From positions 1 to 35,223 of the forward strand of contig CAVJBM010000103.1 of the NCBI GenBank assembly GCA_963647775.1: a stretch of DNA of 35,223 nt. The letters run 5' to 3'. The notes beneath the pieces were generated by a model, which was given only the letters and a program-made list of their open reading frames with translations, had not been told where the DNA came from and did not search any database. The DNA comes from Anaerovibrio sp. Its GTDB lineage: Bacteria > Bacillota > Clostridia > Oscillospirales > Oscillospiraceae. Made by a program: the position numbers and the translations under genes. Of this stretch, positions 25,380 through 34,907 are shown in pieces; position 1 is the first letter of the stretch; every line of letters starts with the position of its first letter.

Positions 25380-28055
25380 ATGTCTGATACGAACCACCGC
25401 GGGCAGGAGACCCGCAGAAAACGCCGCGGCCCCTCCCGGGGCGGCAGGATCGCCATCCGCATCCTCCAGGTGCTGGGGACGCTGCTGCTCATCGGCGTGG
25501 TCACCGGCGCGCTGTTCAGCTGCTACGCGGCGGCCTATATCAAAAATTCCGTCATCCCCAACGCCACCCTGAACCTGGACGACTATACCCTGAACGAGAA
25601 CTCCGTGGTCTACTACTATGACAGCGCCACCGGCCTGCCCGTGGAGCTGGCCACCCTGGTGGGCAAGGAGAACCGGGAGTGGGTGGACTATGAGGACATC
25701 CCCCAGGACCTCATCAACGCCGTCATCGCCGTGGAGGACAAGCGCTTCTATCAGCACCACGGCGTGGACTGGTACCGCACGGCGGGGGCCTTCCTCAACA
25801 TGTTCCTGGGTATGCGCAACACCTTCGGCGGCTCCACCATCACCCAGCAGCTGGTGAAGAACCTCACCCAGTATGACGACGTCACCGTCACCCGCAAGAT
25901 CAGCGAGATCTTCACCGCCCTGGACGTGGAGCGGCGGTACGAGAAAAAGGACATCATCACCTGGTATCTCAACTATATCTACCTGGGCAACGGCTACAGC
26001 GGCGTGCAGGCGGCGGCCAAGGGCTACTTCGGCAAGGACGTGTCCGACCTCACCCTGGCCGAGTGCGCCAGCCTGGCGGGCATCACCAACAACCCCTCCC
26101 TGTACAGCCCCTACGCCGCCATCTCCATCGACCGCTACCCCTGCCTCACCTGTAAGGCCAACGGCGTCACCGCCTACTCCCTCAGGGAGGATGAGCCCTG
26201 CTCCGTCTGCGGCGAGACCAACTACGGCCCCGCGGAGGTGTGGACCGGCCGGGAGTACAACAAGAACCGGCAGGAGCGCATCCTGCGGCTGATGGCCGGC
26301 ATCGAGGACCCGGACATCGAGCCCATGATCACCATGGCCCAGTACGAGGCCGCCGTGGCGGAGCCCCTGGTCCTGGCCAGGGACCGGAAGGACCAGCCCG
26401 AGGAGGACACCGCCGAGACCAAGACGGTCAGCACCTACTCCTGGTACGTGGAGGCGGTGATCAACGAGGTGATCGCCGACCTGACGGAGCAGACCGGCCT
26501 GTCCCGGGAGCTCATCACCGCCCGGGTGTACAGCGGCGGCCTGCGCATCTATGTGCCCTACGATCCAGACGTGCAGGCGGCGGTGGACGCGGTCTACAAC
26601 GACCCCTCCAGCCTGGACCGCACCTCCCGCACCGGGCAGAAGATGACCTCGGGCATCACCGTGGTGGATAATTCCAACGGCTATGTGGTGGCCATGGCCG
26701 GCGGCATCGGCGGGCAGACCACCAACCGCGGCTGGAACAACGCCAAGACCCTGCGGCAGCCGGGCTCCTCCATCAAGCCCCTGTCGGTGTACTCCCCGGC
26801 CTTTGAGATGGGCCTCATCACCCCCGCCACCGTCAGCGACGACAATCCCCGCCTGCTGAACGACAAGGTCTGGCCCCTGAACGTGGTGGCCAGCTACCGG
26901 GGGCTTACCACCATCATGTACGGCGTGACCCAGTCCCTGAACACCATCGCCGTGAACGTCCTGGCGGACATGGTCACCCCCCAGGTGTCCTACGAGTACC
27001 TTACCGAGCGGTACGGCATCACCTCCCTGGTGGCCTACCGGGAGGATTCCAGCGGCCGGGTGTGGTCGGACATCGACGTGAGCCCCCTGGCCATGGGCGG
27101 CCTCACCGACGGCGTCTCCACCTACGAGATGGCGGCGGCCTTCGCCACCTTCCCCCGCAACGGCGCCTATACCGAGCCCACCACCTATCTCCGGGTGGAG
27201 GACATCGACGGCAATCTGCTCATCGACAATACCCCCTCCACGGACTACGTCATCCAGTCGTCCACGGCGTACTATATGAACTACGTGCTCACCAACGCGG
27301 TGAACTCCGGCACGGGCTACAACGCCCGCATCGCCGGCCACACCGTGGCGGGCAAGACCGGCACCACCAACAACCAGTTCGACCTGTGGTTCGCGGGCTA
27401 CACCCCTTACTACACCGCCGTGGTGTGGACCGGCTACCCCTATAACGAGCGGGTGGGCAACGACAATCCCTCCGTGGTCCTCTGGCAGAAGGTCATGGCC
27501 ATCCTCCACCAGGACCTGCCCTCCGCCGGCTTTGCCGAGCCGGACGACCTGGTCACCGTCCGCACCTGCATCGACTGCGGCAAGCTGGCCACCACCGACT
27601 GCGCCAACGACCTCCGGGGCGACCGGGGCCAGTCCTTCCGCCTGATCAAGAGCGACGCCCCCACGGAGTACTGCGAGTGCCACGTGCCCGTGGTCATCTG
27701 CACGGAGTCCCCCGTGCTGGACGCCAACGGCAAGGAGACGGGGGCCTACTACCTGGCCGGCGAGCTCTGCCCCGAGGAGTGCCGCAAGGAGGTCACCCTG
27801 GTGGACTACACCCGCGAGGTGGTGAAGGACACCGTGGTGGTGAAGGACTACTTCGCCCTCATCAATTTCTACGACACCCTGGAGGACCCCTACTGCCCCA
27901 ACCATCTGGAGCCCGAGCCGGAGCCCGAGCCCGAGCCCACCGACCCCTCCGTGGACCCCACGGAGCCGGTGGAGCCCACAGACCCCGTGGAGCCGGTGGA
28001 CCCGGTGGAGCCCACCGAGCCCCCGATGCCCGAGCCCAGCGAGCCGGCGGCATAA
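25380..28055 (+). CDS. Class A bifunctional penicillin-binding protein (PBP1A family)
   Basis: TM anchor; GT51 motifs EDKRFYQHHGVD, GGSTITQQLVKN, RKISE and YLN; transpeptidase motifs SSIK, SLN and KTGT; RBS GGAGG before ATG 25380. Confidence 0.95.
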   Translation: MSDTNHRGQETRRKRRGPSRGGRIAIRILQVLGTLLLIGVVTGALFSCYAAAYIKNSVIPNATLNLDDYTLNENSVVYYYDSATGLPVELATLVGKENREWVDYEDIPQDLINAVIAVEDKRFYQHHGVDWYRTAGAFLNMFLGMRNTFGGSTITQQLVKNLTQYDDVTVTRKISEIFTALDVERRYEKKDIITWYLNYIYLGNGYSGVQAAAKGYFGKDVSDLTLAECASLAGITNNPSLYSPYAAISIDRYPCLTCKANGVTAYSLREDEPCSVCGETNYGPAEVWTGREYNKNRQERILRLMAGIEDPDIEPMITMAQYEAAVAEPLVLARDRKDQPEEDTAETKTVSTYSWYVEAVINEVIADLTEQTGLSRELITARVYSGGLRIYVPYDPDVQAAVDAVYNDPSSLDRTSRTGQKMTSGITVVDNSNGYVVAMAGGIGGQTTNRGWNNAKTLRQPGSSIKPLSVYSPAFEMGLITPATVSDDNPRLLNDKVWPLNVVASYRGLTTIMYGVTQSLNTIAVNVLADMVTPQVSYEYLTERYGITSLVAYREDSSGRVWSDIDVSPLAMGGLTDGVSTYEMAAAFATFPRNGAYTEPTTYLRVEDIDGNLLIDNTPSTDYVIQSSTAYYMNYVLTNAVNSGTGYNARIAGHTVAGKTGTTNNQFDLWFAGYTPYYTAVVWTGYPYNERVGNDNPSVVLWQKVMAILHQDLPSAGFAEPDDLVTVRTCIDCGKLATTDCANDLRGDRGQSFRLIKSDAPTEYCECHVPVVICTESPVLDANGKETGAYYLAGELCPEECRKEVTLVDYTREVVKDTVVVKDYFALINFYDTLEDPYCPNHLEPEPEPEPEPTDPSVDPTEPVEPTDPVEPVDPVEPTEPPMPEPSEPAA
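27908..28050 (+). repeat. Low-complexity Pro/Glu repeats (EP; PTDP/PVEP) at the PBP C-terminus
   Basis: gagccc/gagccg and gacccc/gacccg tandem units. Confidence 0.7.
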
Positions 28056-28066
28056 ATCGGAACAGG

Positions 28067-28101
28067 AAAACAGGGAGCGGCCTTGTCCGCTCCCTGTTTT
28101 T
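28067..28101 (+). terminator. Intrinsic terminator after the PBP gene
   Basis: aaaacagggagcgg/ccgctccctgttttt. Confidence 0.85.
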
Positions 28102-28166
28102 GCGTTTTGCCGGGAGATGCCTGTCTCCGGCTGACAAACTTCGTCGAAATTCCACGGGGAAAGCCC

Positions 28167-28195
28167 TTGCTGAATGTCCGTGAAAATGGTACAAT
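28167..28195 (+). promoter_or_regulatory. Sigma-A promoter of thrR-hom-lysC
   Basis: TTGCTG-17 bp-TACAAT with an extended TG. Confidence 0.55.
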
Positions 28196-28237
28196 AGGCC
28201 GCGATAGAGAGACAACAAAAGAAAGGACGGGAATGAT

Positions 28238-28678
28238 ATGGGACCCAAGCCTCAGTATTTCGTGGTGGAAGCCACGGCCCTGCCGGAGGTCTATCTGAAG
28301 GTGGCCCAGGCCAAGGAGCTGCTGGAGACGGGGGAGGAGCAGACGGTGAACGCCGCCGCCCGCCGCGCCGGCATCAGCCGCAGCGCCTTCTACAAGTATA
28401 AGGACGCCATCCGCCCCTTCCGGGACCTGCTCCACGGCCGCATCGTCACCATCCAGATCCTGCTGCGCAACGAGCCGGGCTCCCTCTCCGGGGTGCTCAA
28501 CCTGCTGGCGGACTGGGGCGGCAACGTGCTGACCATCAACCAGGGCATCCCCGGCGGCGGCACCGCCGCCGTCACCGTGGGCCTGGAGACCACGGAGCAG
28601 AGCGCCGACCTGGAGCAGCTGCTCTCCGCCCTCCGGGGGGACCGCCGGGTGGTCCGCTGCGAAGTGCTGGCGGGCTGA
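28238..28678 (+). CDS. thrR: HTH-ACT regulator, ThrR/PheB (UPF0735) family
   Basis: LPEVYLKVAQAKELL..GISRSAFYKYKD followed by an ACT domain (PGSLSGVL, NVLTINQ); directly upstream of hom. Confidence 0.8.
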   Translation: MGPKPQYFVVEATALPEVYLKVAQAKELLETGEEQTVNAAARRAGISRSAFYKYKDAIRPFRDLLHGRIVTIQILLRNEPGSLSGVLNLLADWGGNVLTINQGIPGGGTAAVTVGLETTEQSADLEQLLSALRGDRRVVRCEVLAG

Positions 28679-28690
28679 GGGGGTGCGGAC

Positions 28691-29896
28691 ATGAACGCAG
28701 CGATCCTGGGCTACGGCACCGTGGGCTCCGGCGTGGCGGAGATCCTTTTGAGCCATGAGCAGAGCATCGAACGCAAGACCCGGCAGCCCATCCGGGTGAA
28801 GTACATCCTCAACCGCAGGCCCCTGCCCGCCCAGCTGGCGGACCGGCTGGTCACCGATTTTTCCGTCATCGAGTCCGACCCGGACGTGGACGTGGTCATC
28901 GAGACCATGGGCGGCACCGACGCCGCCCTGGACTACACCCGCCGGGCCCTGACCGCGGGCAAGCATGTGGTCACCTCCAACAAGGAGATGGTGGCCGCCC
29001 ACGGCTACGAGATGAACCTGCTGGCGGCGGAGCACGGCGTCTGCTACCTCTTTGAGGCCAGCGTGGGCGGCGGCATCCCCATCATCCGCCCCCTGTCCCA
29101 GTGCCTGGCCGCCAATGAGATCCTGGAGATCCGCGGCATCCTCAACGGCACCACCAACTATATCCTCACCCGCATGATCCGGGCGGGCCTGACCTTTGGC
29201 GAGGCCCTGGCCGAGGCCCAGGAGAAGGGCTATGCCGAGCGGGACCCCTCCGCCGACGTGCTGGGGCTGGACGCCTGCCGCAAAATTTGTATCCTGTCCG
29301 ACATCGCCTTCGGCCGCAACGTCCCGCCGGAGCTGGTGCCCGCCGAGGGCATCACCGCCGTGACCTTGGAGGACGTGGCCTACGCCGCCTCCGCCGGCAA
29401 GCGGATCAAGCTGCTGGGCCGGGCGGTGCGCCAGCCGGACGGCCGGGTGTGCGCCCTGGTGGCCCCCCACCTGGTGGACGAGTCCGACCCCCTCTCCGGC
29501 GTGGAGGACGTGTTCAACGCCATCACCGTCCGGGGGGACGCCATCGGCGAGGTCATGTTCTACGGCCGGGGGGCGGGCAAGCTGCCCACCGCCTCCGCCG
29601 TGTGCGCCGACGTGCTGGACATCGCCGCCCATCAGGGCCATCGCAGGGCCATGTCTTGGGGCCCCGGCGGGGCGGAGGTCCTGTGCCCCGCCGACGGCCT
29701 GCGCTCCCGCTGGTACGTCCGGGCCCTGGAAAGGGAGGAGATCTTACAGTCCGCCCTGGGCAGGGCCCAGGCCCTTCACGCCCCCGCCGCCGCGGAGGAG
29801 TGCGCCTGCCTCACCGGGGAGGAGCTGACCCGGGCGGAGCTGGACGGCCGCCTGACCGGGCTGGAGGTGCTGTCCGCCTTCCGGGTGCTGGACTGA
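28691..29896 (+). CDS. hom: Homoserine dehydrogenase
   Basis: GYGTVGSG, HVVTSNK, FEASVGGGIP, GILNGTTNYIL, GYAERDP, GAGKLPTASAV. Confidence 0.96.
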   Translation: MNAAILGYGTVGSGVAEILLSHEQSIERKTRQPIRVKYILNRRPLPAQLADRLVTDFSVIESDPDVDVVIETMGGTDAALDYTRRALTAGKHVVTSNKEMVAAHGYEMNLLAAEHGVCYLFEASVGGGIPIIRPLSQCLAANEILEIRGILNGTTNYILTRMIRAGLTFGEALAEAQEKGYAERDPSADVLGLDACRKICILSDIAFGRNVPPELVPAEGITAVTLEDVAYAASAGKRIKLLGRAVRQPDGRVCALVAPHLVDESDPLSGVEDVFNAITVRGDAIGEVMFYGRGAGKLPTASAVCADVLDIAAHQGHRRAMSWGPGGAEVLCPADGLRSRWYVRALEREEILQSALGRAQALHAPAAAEECACLTGEELTRAELDGRLTGLEVLSAFRVLD

Positions 29897-29950
29897 CCGC
29901 CGCCCCCGGCATAGAATGAACTGATACCATCCGAAGGGATCGTGAACCAC

Positions 29951-31177
29951 ATGGCATTGATCGTACAAAAATTCGGCGGGTCCTCCGTGGCCGACGCGGC
30001 GAAGCTGCGCAACGTGGCCCGCATCATCACCGATACCTACCGTCAGGGGAACCAGGTGGTGGCCGTGCTCTCCGCCCAGGGGGACACCACCGACGACCTC
30101 ATCGAAAAGGCGGCGGAGATCAACCCCAGGGCCTCCAAGCGGGAGATGGATATGCTCCTCTCCACCGGCGAGCAGATCTCCTGCGCCCTGTGCGCCATGG
30201 CCATCGAGTCCGTGGGCTGCCCGGTGGTGTCGCTGACGGGGTGGCAGGCGGGCTTCCGCACGGACTCCGGCTTCGGCAACGCCCGCATCAGCCGGGTGCG
30301 CACCGAGCGCCTGCGGGAGGAGCTGGACAAGAACCGCATCGTCATCGTCACCGGCTTTCAGGGCCTGACCAAGGGGGACGACATCACCACCCTGGGCCGG
30401 GGCGGGTCGGACACGTCGGCGGTGGCCATCGCCGCGGCCCTCAACGCCGACCTCTGCCAGATCTACACCGACGTGGACGGCGTGTACACCGCGGACCCCC
30501 GCCTGGTGCCCACCGCCCGCAAGCTGGATGAGATCACCTACGATGAAATGCTGGAGCTGGCCACGCTGGGGGCGCAGGTACTCCATAACCGCTCGGTGGA
30601 GATGGCCAAGCGCTACAGCGTCCGGCTGGAGGTGCGCTCCAGCTTTTCCGAGGATCCCGGTACGAAAGTCAAGGAGGTAGTCAAGACCATGGAGAAGTCC
30701 CACATCAGAGGCGTCGCCAAAGACAAGAACATCGCCCGGCTGGCCCTGGTGGGCCTGGAGGATACCCCGGGCATCGCCTTCCGCATTTTTTCCCTGCTGG
30801 CCCACAACAGCGTCAACGTGGACCTGATCCTCCAGTCCATCGGCCGTGACGAGAGCAAGGACATCAGCTTCACCGTGGCCAAGGGCGACATGGAGCAGGC
30901 CCGCCAGCTGCTGGAGGACAACCGGGACACCATCCGCTTCGACCACATCGACGTGTCCGACAACATCGCCAAGGTGTCCATCGTGGGGGCGGGCATGATC
31001 AACAACCCCGGCGTGGCCGCCGCCATGTTCGAGGCGCTGTTCAACGCCGGCATCAACATCCACATGATCTCCACCAGTGAGATCAAGGTGTCCGTCCTCA
31101 TCGACAGCGACGACGCCGACCGGGCCGTGAAGGTCATCCACGACCGGTTCTACGACGAATTCACCGACGTGAAGTAG
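29951..31177 (+). CDS. lysC: Aspartate kinase (alpha2beta2 type, alpha subunit)
   Basis: VQKFGGSSV, TLGRGGSDTSAV, TDVDGVYTADPR, GAQVLH, two ACT domains, ISTSEIKVS. Confidence 0.95.
   Translation: MALIVQKFGGSSVADAAKLRNVARIITDTYRQGNQVVAVLSAQGDTTDDLIEKAAEINPRASKREMDMLLSTGEQISCALCAMAIESVGCPVVSLTGWQAGFRTDSGFGNARISRVRTERLREELDKNRIVIVTGFQGLTKGDDITTLGRGGSDTSAVAIAAALNADLCQIYTDVDGVYTADPRLVPTARKLDEITYDEMLELATLGAQVLHNRSVEMAKRYSVRLEVRSSFSEDPGTKVKEVVKTMEKSHIRGVAKDKNIARLALVGLEDTPGIAFRIFSLLAHNSVNVDLILQSIGRDESKDISFTVAKGDMEQARQLLEDNRDTIRFDHIDVSDNIAKVSIVGAGMINNPGVAAAMFEALFNAGINIHMISTSEIKVSVLIDSDDADRAVKVIHDRFYDEFTDVK
30689..31177 (+). CDS. Nested in-frame aspartate kinase beta subunit
   Basis: Internal SD AAGGAGGT (30671-30678) precedes an in-frame ATG at codon 247, at the start of the ACT domains. 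Confidence 0.65.
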   Translation: MEKSHIRGVAKDKNIARLALVGLEDTPGIAFRIFSLLAHNSVNVDLILQSIGRDESKDISFTVAKGDMEQARQLLEDNRDTIRFDHIDVSDNIAKVSIVGAGMINNPGVAAAMFEALFNAGINIHMISTSEIKVSVLIDSDDADRAVKVIHDRFYDEFTDVK

Positions 31178-31187
31178 ATCACCCCCC

Positions 31188-31221
31188 AGCGCGCCCGGGA
31201 ATTTTCCGGGCGCGCTTTTTT
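31188..31221 (+). terminator. Intrinsic terminator after lysC
   Basis: agcgcgcccgg/ccgggcgcgct followed by a T tract. Confidence 0.85.
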
Positions 31222-31256
31222 CGCCTGAAAAAACCATCGGAGCCGGGGGAAAACCG

Positions 31257-31285
31257 TTGCATTGAGGGCGGGGAAATGGTATAAT
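31257..31285 (+). promoter_or_regulatory. Sigma-A promoter of smc-ftsY
   Basis: TTGCAT-17 bp-TATAAT with an extended TG. Confidence 0.75.
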
Positions 31286-31337
31286 ATCATATCTTATTAT
31301 GCGGTCTTATGCCGCTGACGACAAAGAGGTGCGCGCA

Positions 31338-34300
31338 TTGTATCTGAAAGCACTGGAGATCCAGGGGTTCAAGTCCTTCCCGGACAAGACAGTCCTCACC
31401 TTCGGCTCGGACATCACGGCCATCGTGGGGCCCAACGGGTCCGGCAAATCCAATATTTCGGACGCCATCCGCTGGGTCATGGGGGAGCAGTCCTCCCGCA
31501 GCCTCCGGGGCAGCAAGATGGAGGACGTCATCTTTGACGGCACGGCCAAGCGCAAGGGCCTGGGCTTTGCGGAGGTCACCCTGGTGCTGGACAATACCGC
31601 CCACATCTTCCCCGTGGAGGAGACCGAGGTGGCGGTGACCCGCCGCTACTACCGCTCCGGGGAGAGCGAGTACTACATCAACCGCCGCTCCTGCCGGCTG
31701 AAGGACATCAACGAGCTGTTCATGGACACCGGCCTGGGCCGGGAGGGCTACTCCATCATCGGCCAGGGCCGCATTGATGAAATTCTGTCCGTCCGCAGCG
31801 CCGACCGCCGGGAGATCTTCGAGGAGGCGGCGGGCATCTCCCGCTTCCGCCACCGGAAGGAGGAGGCCGAGCGCAAGCTGGAGCGCACCGACGAGAATCT
31901 GGTGCGCATCAACGACAAGATCGACGAGCTGGAGCTCCAGGTGGAGCCCCTGCGGGTCCAGGCGGAAAAGACCAAGAAATTCCTGGTCTACCGGGACGAG
32001 CTCAAGGGCCTGGAGATCTCCGTCTGGCTGGACCAGCTGGAGCAGCTGCGGGCCCGCAGCATCAAGCTGAAGGCCGACCTGGACGCCGCCGTCCGCCAGC
32101 GGGAGGACGCCCAGCGGGACCTGGACGCCCTCTACGCCGCCGCCGAGGAGTACGCCGGGCAGATCCGGGACAAGGACGTGCAGGCGGAGGAGCTGCGGGG
32201 CGAGCAGTCCGGCCTGGACCAGCAGATCCACCAGGCGGAGAGCGGCATCGAGCTGCTGCGCAACGACATGAAGAACAACAGCGAGAACGTCCGCCGCATC
32301 AAAGAGGAGCAGGCCCAGCAGGAGGGCCGCGCGGGCAGTCTGGCCGCCCAAATCGCCGACCGGCGGGAGCGTCTTGCCGCCATCGACGCGGAGATGGAGA
32401 CCTGCCGTCAGCGGGCAGAGGAGCTGGCCCGGGAGAGCGAGGATGCCCTCCGCTCCGCCGGCGGTCTCACCCGGGAGCTGGAGGAGCTGCGGGAGCAGGA
32501 GCGGCTGAGCACCGCCTCCGCCGGCGAGGCGCGGGAGCTGCTGTCCGCCCTGGCCGCCGCGGCCCAGGAGCTGATGGACCGGGAGGAGAAGCTGGGCCGG
32601 GAGCTGCTGGAGCAGGAGGACCGCACGGCGGAGGCCAAGGCCGCCGCCGACCAGGTCCGCCGGGAGCTGGACCGCGTCACCGAGGACCGGGACGCCGCCA
32701 AGAACGTCATCTCCGGCTACCAGATGCGCTGTCAGTCCCGCCAGCGGAAGGCCGACGAAATCGGGGAGCGGCACCGCCGCCTCCAGATGGACGAGAACAA
32801 CCTGAACAGCCGCATCAAGCTGCTGGCCGAGATGGAGAAGGTGTACGAGGGCTACTCCAAGGCGGTGAAGCTGGTGATGACCGAGGCGGAGCGCGGCGGC
32901 CTGCGGGGGGTCCGGGGCCCGGTGGCCGGGCTGCTCCACGTGCCCGACCAGTACGCCGTGGCCATCGAGATCGCCCTGGGCGGCGCCATGCAGAACATCG
33001 TCACCGAGCGGGACGAGGACGGCAAGAACGCCATCCAGTGGCTCAAGCGCCGGGACGGCGGCCGGGCCACCTTCCTGCCCATGAACACCATCCGCCCGGC
33101 GGACTTCAAGGACAAGGCCGTGGAGCGGGAGGACGGCTTCGTGGGCATGGGGGACGCCCTCATCCGCTTCGAGCCGGAGTACGCCGCCGTCTTTTCCAAC
33201 CTGCTGGGCCGGGTGGTCGTCGCCAGGGATATGGACCGGGCCATGGCCATGGCCCGCAAGTTCGGCCACCGCTTCCGCATCGTCACCCTGGACGGCCAGG
33301 TGCTCAACGCCGGCGGCTCCATGACCGGCGGCTCGGTGTCCCGCAGCGCGGGCATCCTGTCCCGGGCCAACGAGCTGGAGCGCCTGAACCAGCAGAAGGC
33401 CGCCCTGGCGGAGGACCTGCGGGCCGCAGCCGCCGACCTGGCCGCCGCCCAGCGGGAGCTCACCGCCGCCAATTACGAGCTTGACACCGCCTCCGCCCAG
33501 CTGCGCGAGGCGGAGGACGCCGTCCTGAAATACACCGAGCGGGCGGACAGCGCCGCCGCCCAGCTGGCGGACCTCACCATCCGGGGGGAGCAGCTGCGGG
33601 CCGACCGGGAGCAGGTCCGCCGCCGCATGGAGGAGAATTCCTCCGCCACCGCCGCGGCCAAGGGCCGCATCGAGGAGTTGGAGGGCTCCGCCGCCGCCCT
33701 GCGGGCGGAGAGCGAGGCCCGGGCCCAGGGCCAGAGCGAGCTGCGGGAGCGGGTGGACGCCCTCAACGCCCAGACCGCCGAGCAGAAGGCCAGGCTGGCC
33801 GGGCTGGAGGGCGAGCGCGCCGCGTCGGAGCAGAATCTGGACGAGCTGGAGCGGCTCAAGGCCGACCTCTCCGGCGACGCCGCCGACCGGGACCGCCGCA
33901 TCGCCGGCCTGGAGGGGGAGAACGAGAGCCTGCTGGCCAGAATTCAGGAGGCGGAGCTGCGGCTCCAGACCCTGCGCACCTCCGGCCAGGGCTATGCCGA
34001 CGCCCTGCGCCGCCTGAACGAGGAAAAGCTGGCCCTGGAGGGCAGGCGCAACCAGGCGGACAAGGGTGCCCGGGAGAAGAACACCGAGCTGCTGGACATG
34101 CAGAAGGAGGTCTCCGCCCTGGAGCAGAAGTCCATGTCCGCCGCCACGGAGGAGAGCCTGCTGCTGGACAAGCTGTGGGAGAACTACGAGCTGTCCCACG
34201 AGGCGGCCCGCGCCCTCCGGGTGGAGCTGGAGTCGGTGCCCAAGGCCCAGCGCCGCATCGGGGAGCTGAAGCGGGCCATCTCGGCCCTGGGCAGCATCAA

Positions 34301-34907
34301 CCCCGACGCCGTGGAGGAATTCCAGCGGGTGAACGAGCGCTACACCTACTTCGCCCAGCAGCGGGACGACGTGTCCAAGGCCAAGGGCGAGCTGGAGGGC
34401 ATCATCGCCCAGATCACCGGCGAGATGACGTCGATCTTCAAGGAGCAGTTCACCCTCATCAGCCAGACCTTCCAGGAGACCTTCCTGGAGCTGTTCCGGG
34501 GGGGCAAGGCCACCCTGGAGCTGGAGGACCCGGACGACATCCTGAACTGCGGCATCGAGATCAAGGTCCAGCCCCCGGGCAAGGCCCTGAAGGTGATCTC
34601 CCTGCTGTCCGGCGGCGAGAAGGCCTTCGTGGCCATCGCCCTGTACTTCGCCATGCTGAAGGTGCGGCCCACGCCCTTCTGCGTTATGGACGAGATCGAG
34701 GCCGCCCTGGACGACGCCAACGTGGTGCGCTTTGCCCAGTACCTGCGGAAGATGAGCGATAAGACCCAGTTCATCGTCATCACCCACCGCCGGGGCACCA
34801 TGGAGGAGGCCGACGTCCTCTACGGCGTCACCATGCAGGAGCAGGGCGTGACCCGGCTGCTGACCATCAACCTGAACGACGTGGAGAAGGAGTTGCACAT
34901 CAAGTGA
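31338..34907 (+). CDS. smc: Chromosome segregation protein SMC
   Basis: GFKSF, GPNGSGKSN Walker A, long coiled coils, hinge (GRATFLP, GGSMTGG), LSGGE signature, MDEIEAALD, ITHR. TTG start at 31338 behind AGAGGT. Confidence 0.97.
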   Translation: MYLKALEIQGFKSFPDKTVLTFGSDITAIVGPNGSGKSNISDAIRWVMGEQSSRSLRGSKMEDVIFDGTAKRKGLGFAEVTLVLDNTAHIFPVEETEVAVTRRYYRSGESEYYINRRSCRLKDINELFMDTGLGREGYSIIGQGRIDEILSVRSADRREIFEEAAGISRFRHRKEEAERKLERTDENLVRINDKIDELELQVEPLRVQAEKTKKFLVYRDELKGLEISVWLDQLEQLRARSIKLKADLDAAVRQREDAQRDLDALYAAAEEYAGQIRDKDVQAEELRGEQSGLDQQIHQAESGIELLRNDMKNNSENVRRIKEEQAQQEGRAGSLAAQIADRRERLAAIDAEMETCRQRAEELARESEDALRSAGGLTRELEELREQERLSTASAGEARELLSALAAAAQELMDREEKLGRELLEQEDRTAEAKAAADQVRRELDRVTEDRDAAKNVISGYQMRCQSRQRKADEIGERHRRLQMDENNLNSRIKLLAEMEKVYEGYSKAVKLVMTEAERGGLRGVRGPVAGLLHVPDQYAVAIEIALGGAMQNIVTERDEDGKNAIQWLKRRDGGRATFLPMNTIRPADFKDKAVEREDGFVGMGDALIRFEPEYAAVFSNLLGRVVVARDMDRAMAMARKFGHRFRIVTLDGQVLNAGGSMTGGSVSRSAGILSRANELERLNQQKAALAEDLRAAAADLAAAQRELTAANYELDTASAQLREAEDAVLKYTERADSAAAQLADLTIRGEQLRADREQVRRRMEENSSATAAAKGRIEELEGSAAALRAESEARAQGQSELRERVDALNAQTAEQKARLAGLEGERAASEQNLDELERLKADLSGDAADRDRRIAGLEGENESLLARIQEAELRLQTLRTSGQGYADALRRLNEEKLALEGRRNQADKGAREKNTELLDMQKEVSALEQKSMSAATEESLLLDKLWENYELSHEAARALRVELESVPKAQRRIGELKRAISALGSINPDAVEEFQRVNERYTYFAQQRDDVSKAKGELEGIIAQITGEMTSIFKEQFTLISQTFQETFLELFRGGKATLELEDPDDILNCGIEIKVQPPGKALKVISLLSGGEKAFVAIALYFAMLKVRPTPFCVMDEIEAALDDANVVRFAQYLRKMSDKTQFIVITHRRGTMEEADVLYGVTMQEQGVTRLLTINLNDVEKELHIK

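Noticed and set aside
29897..29950. Lysine riboswitch or T-box before lysC
   Set aside because: The spacer is only 54 nt, too short for either.
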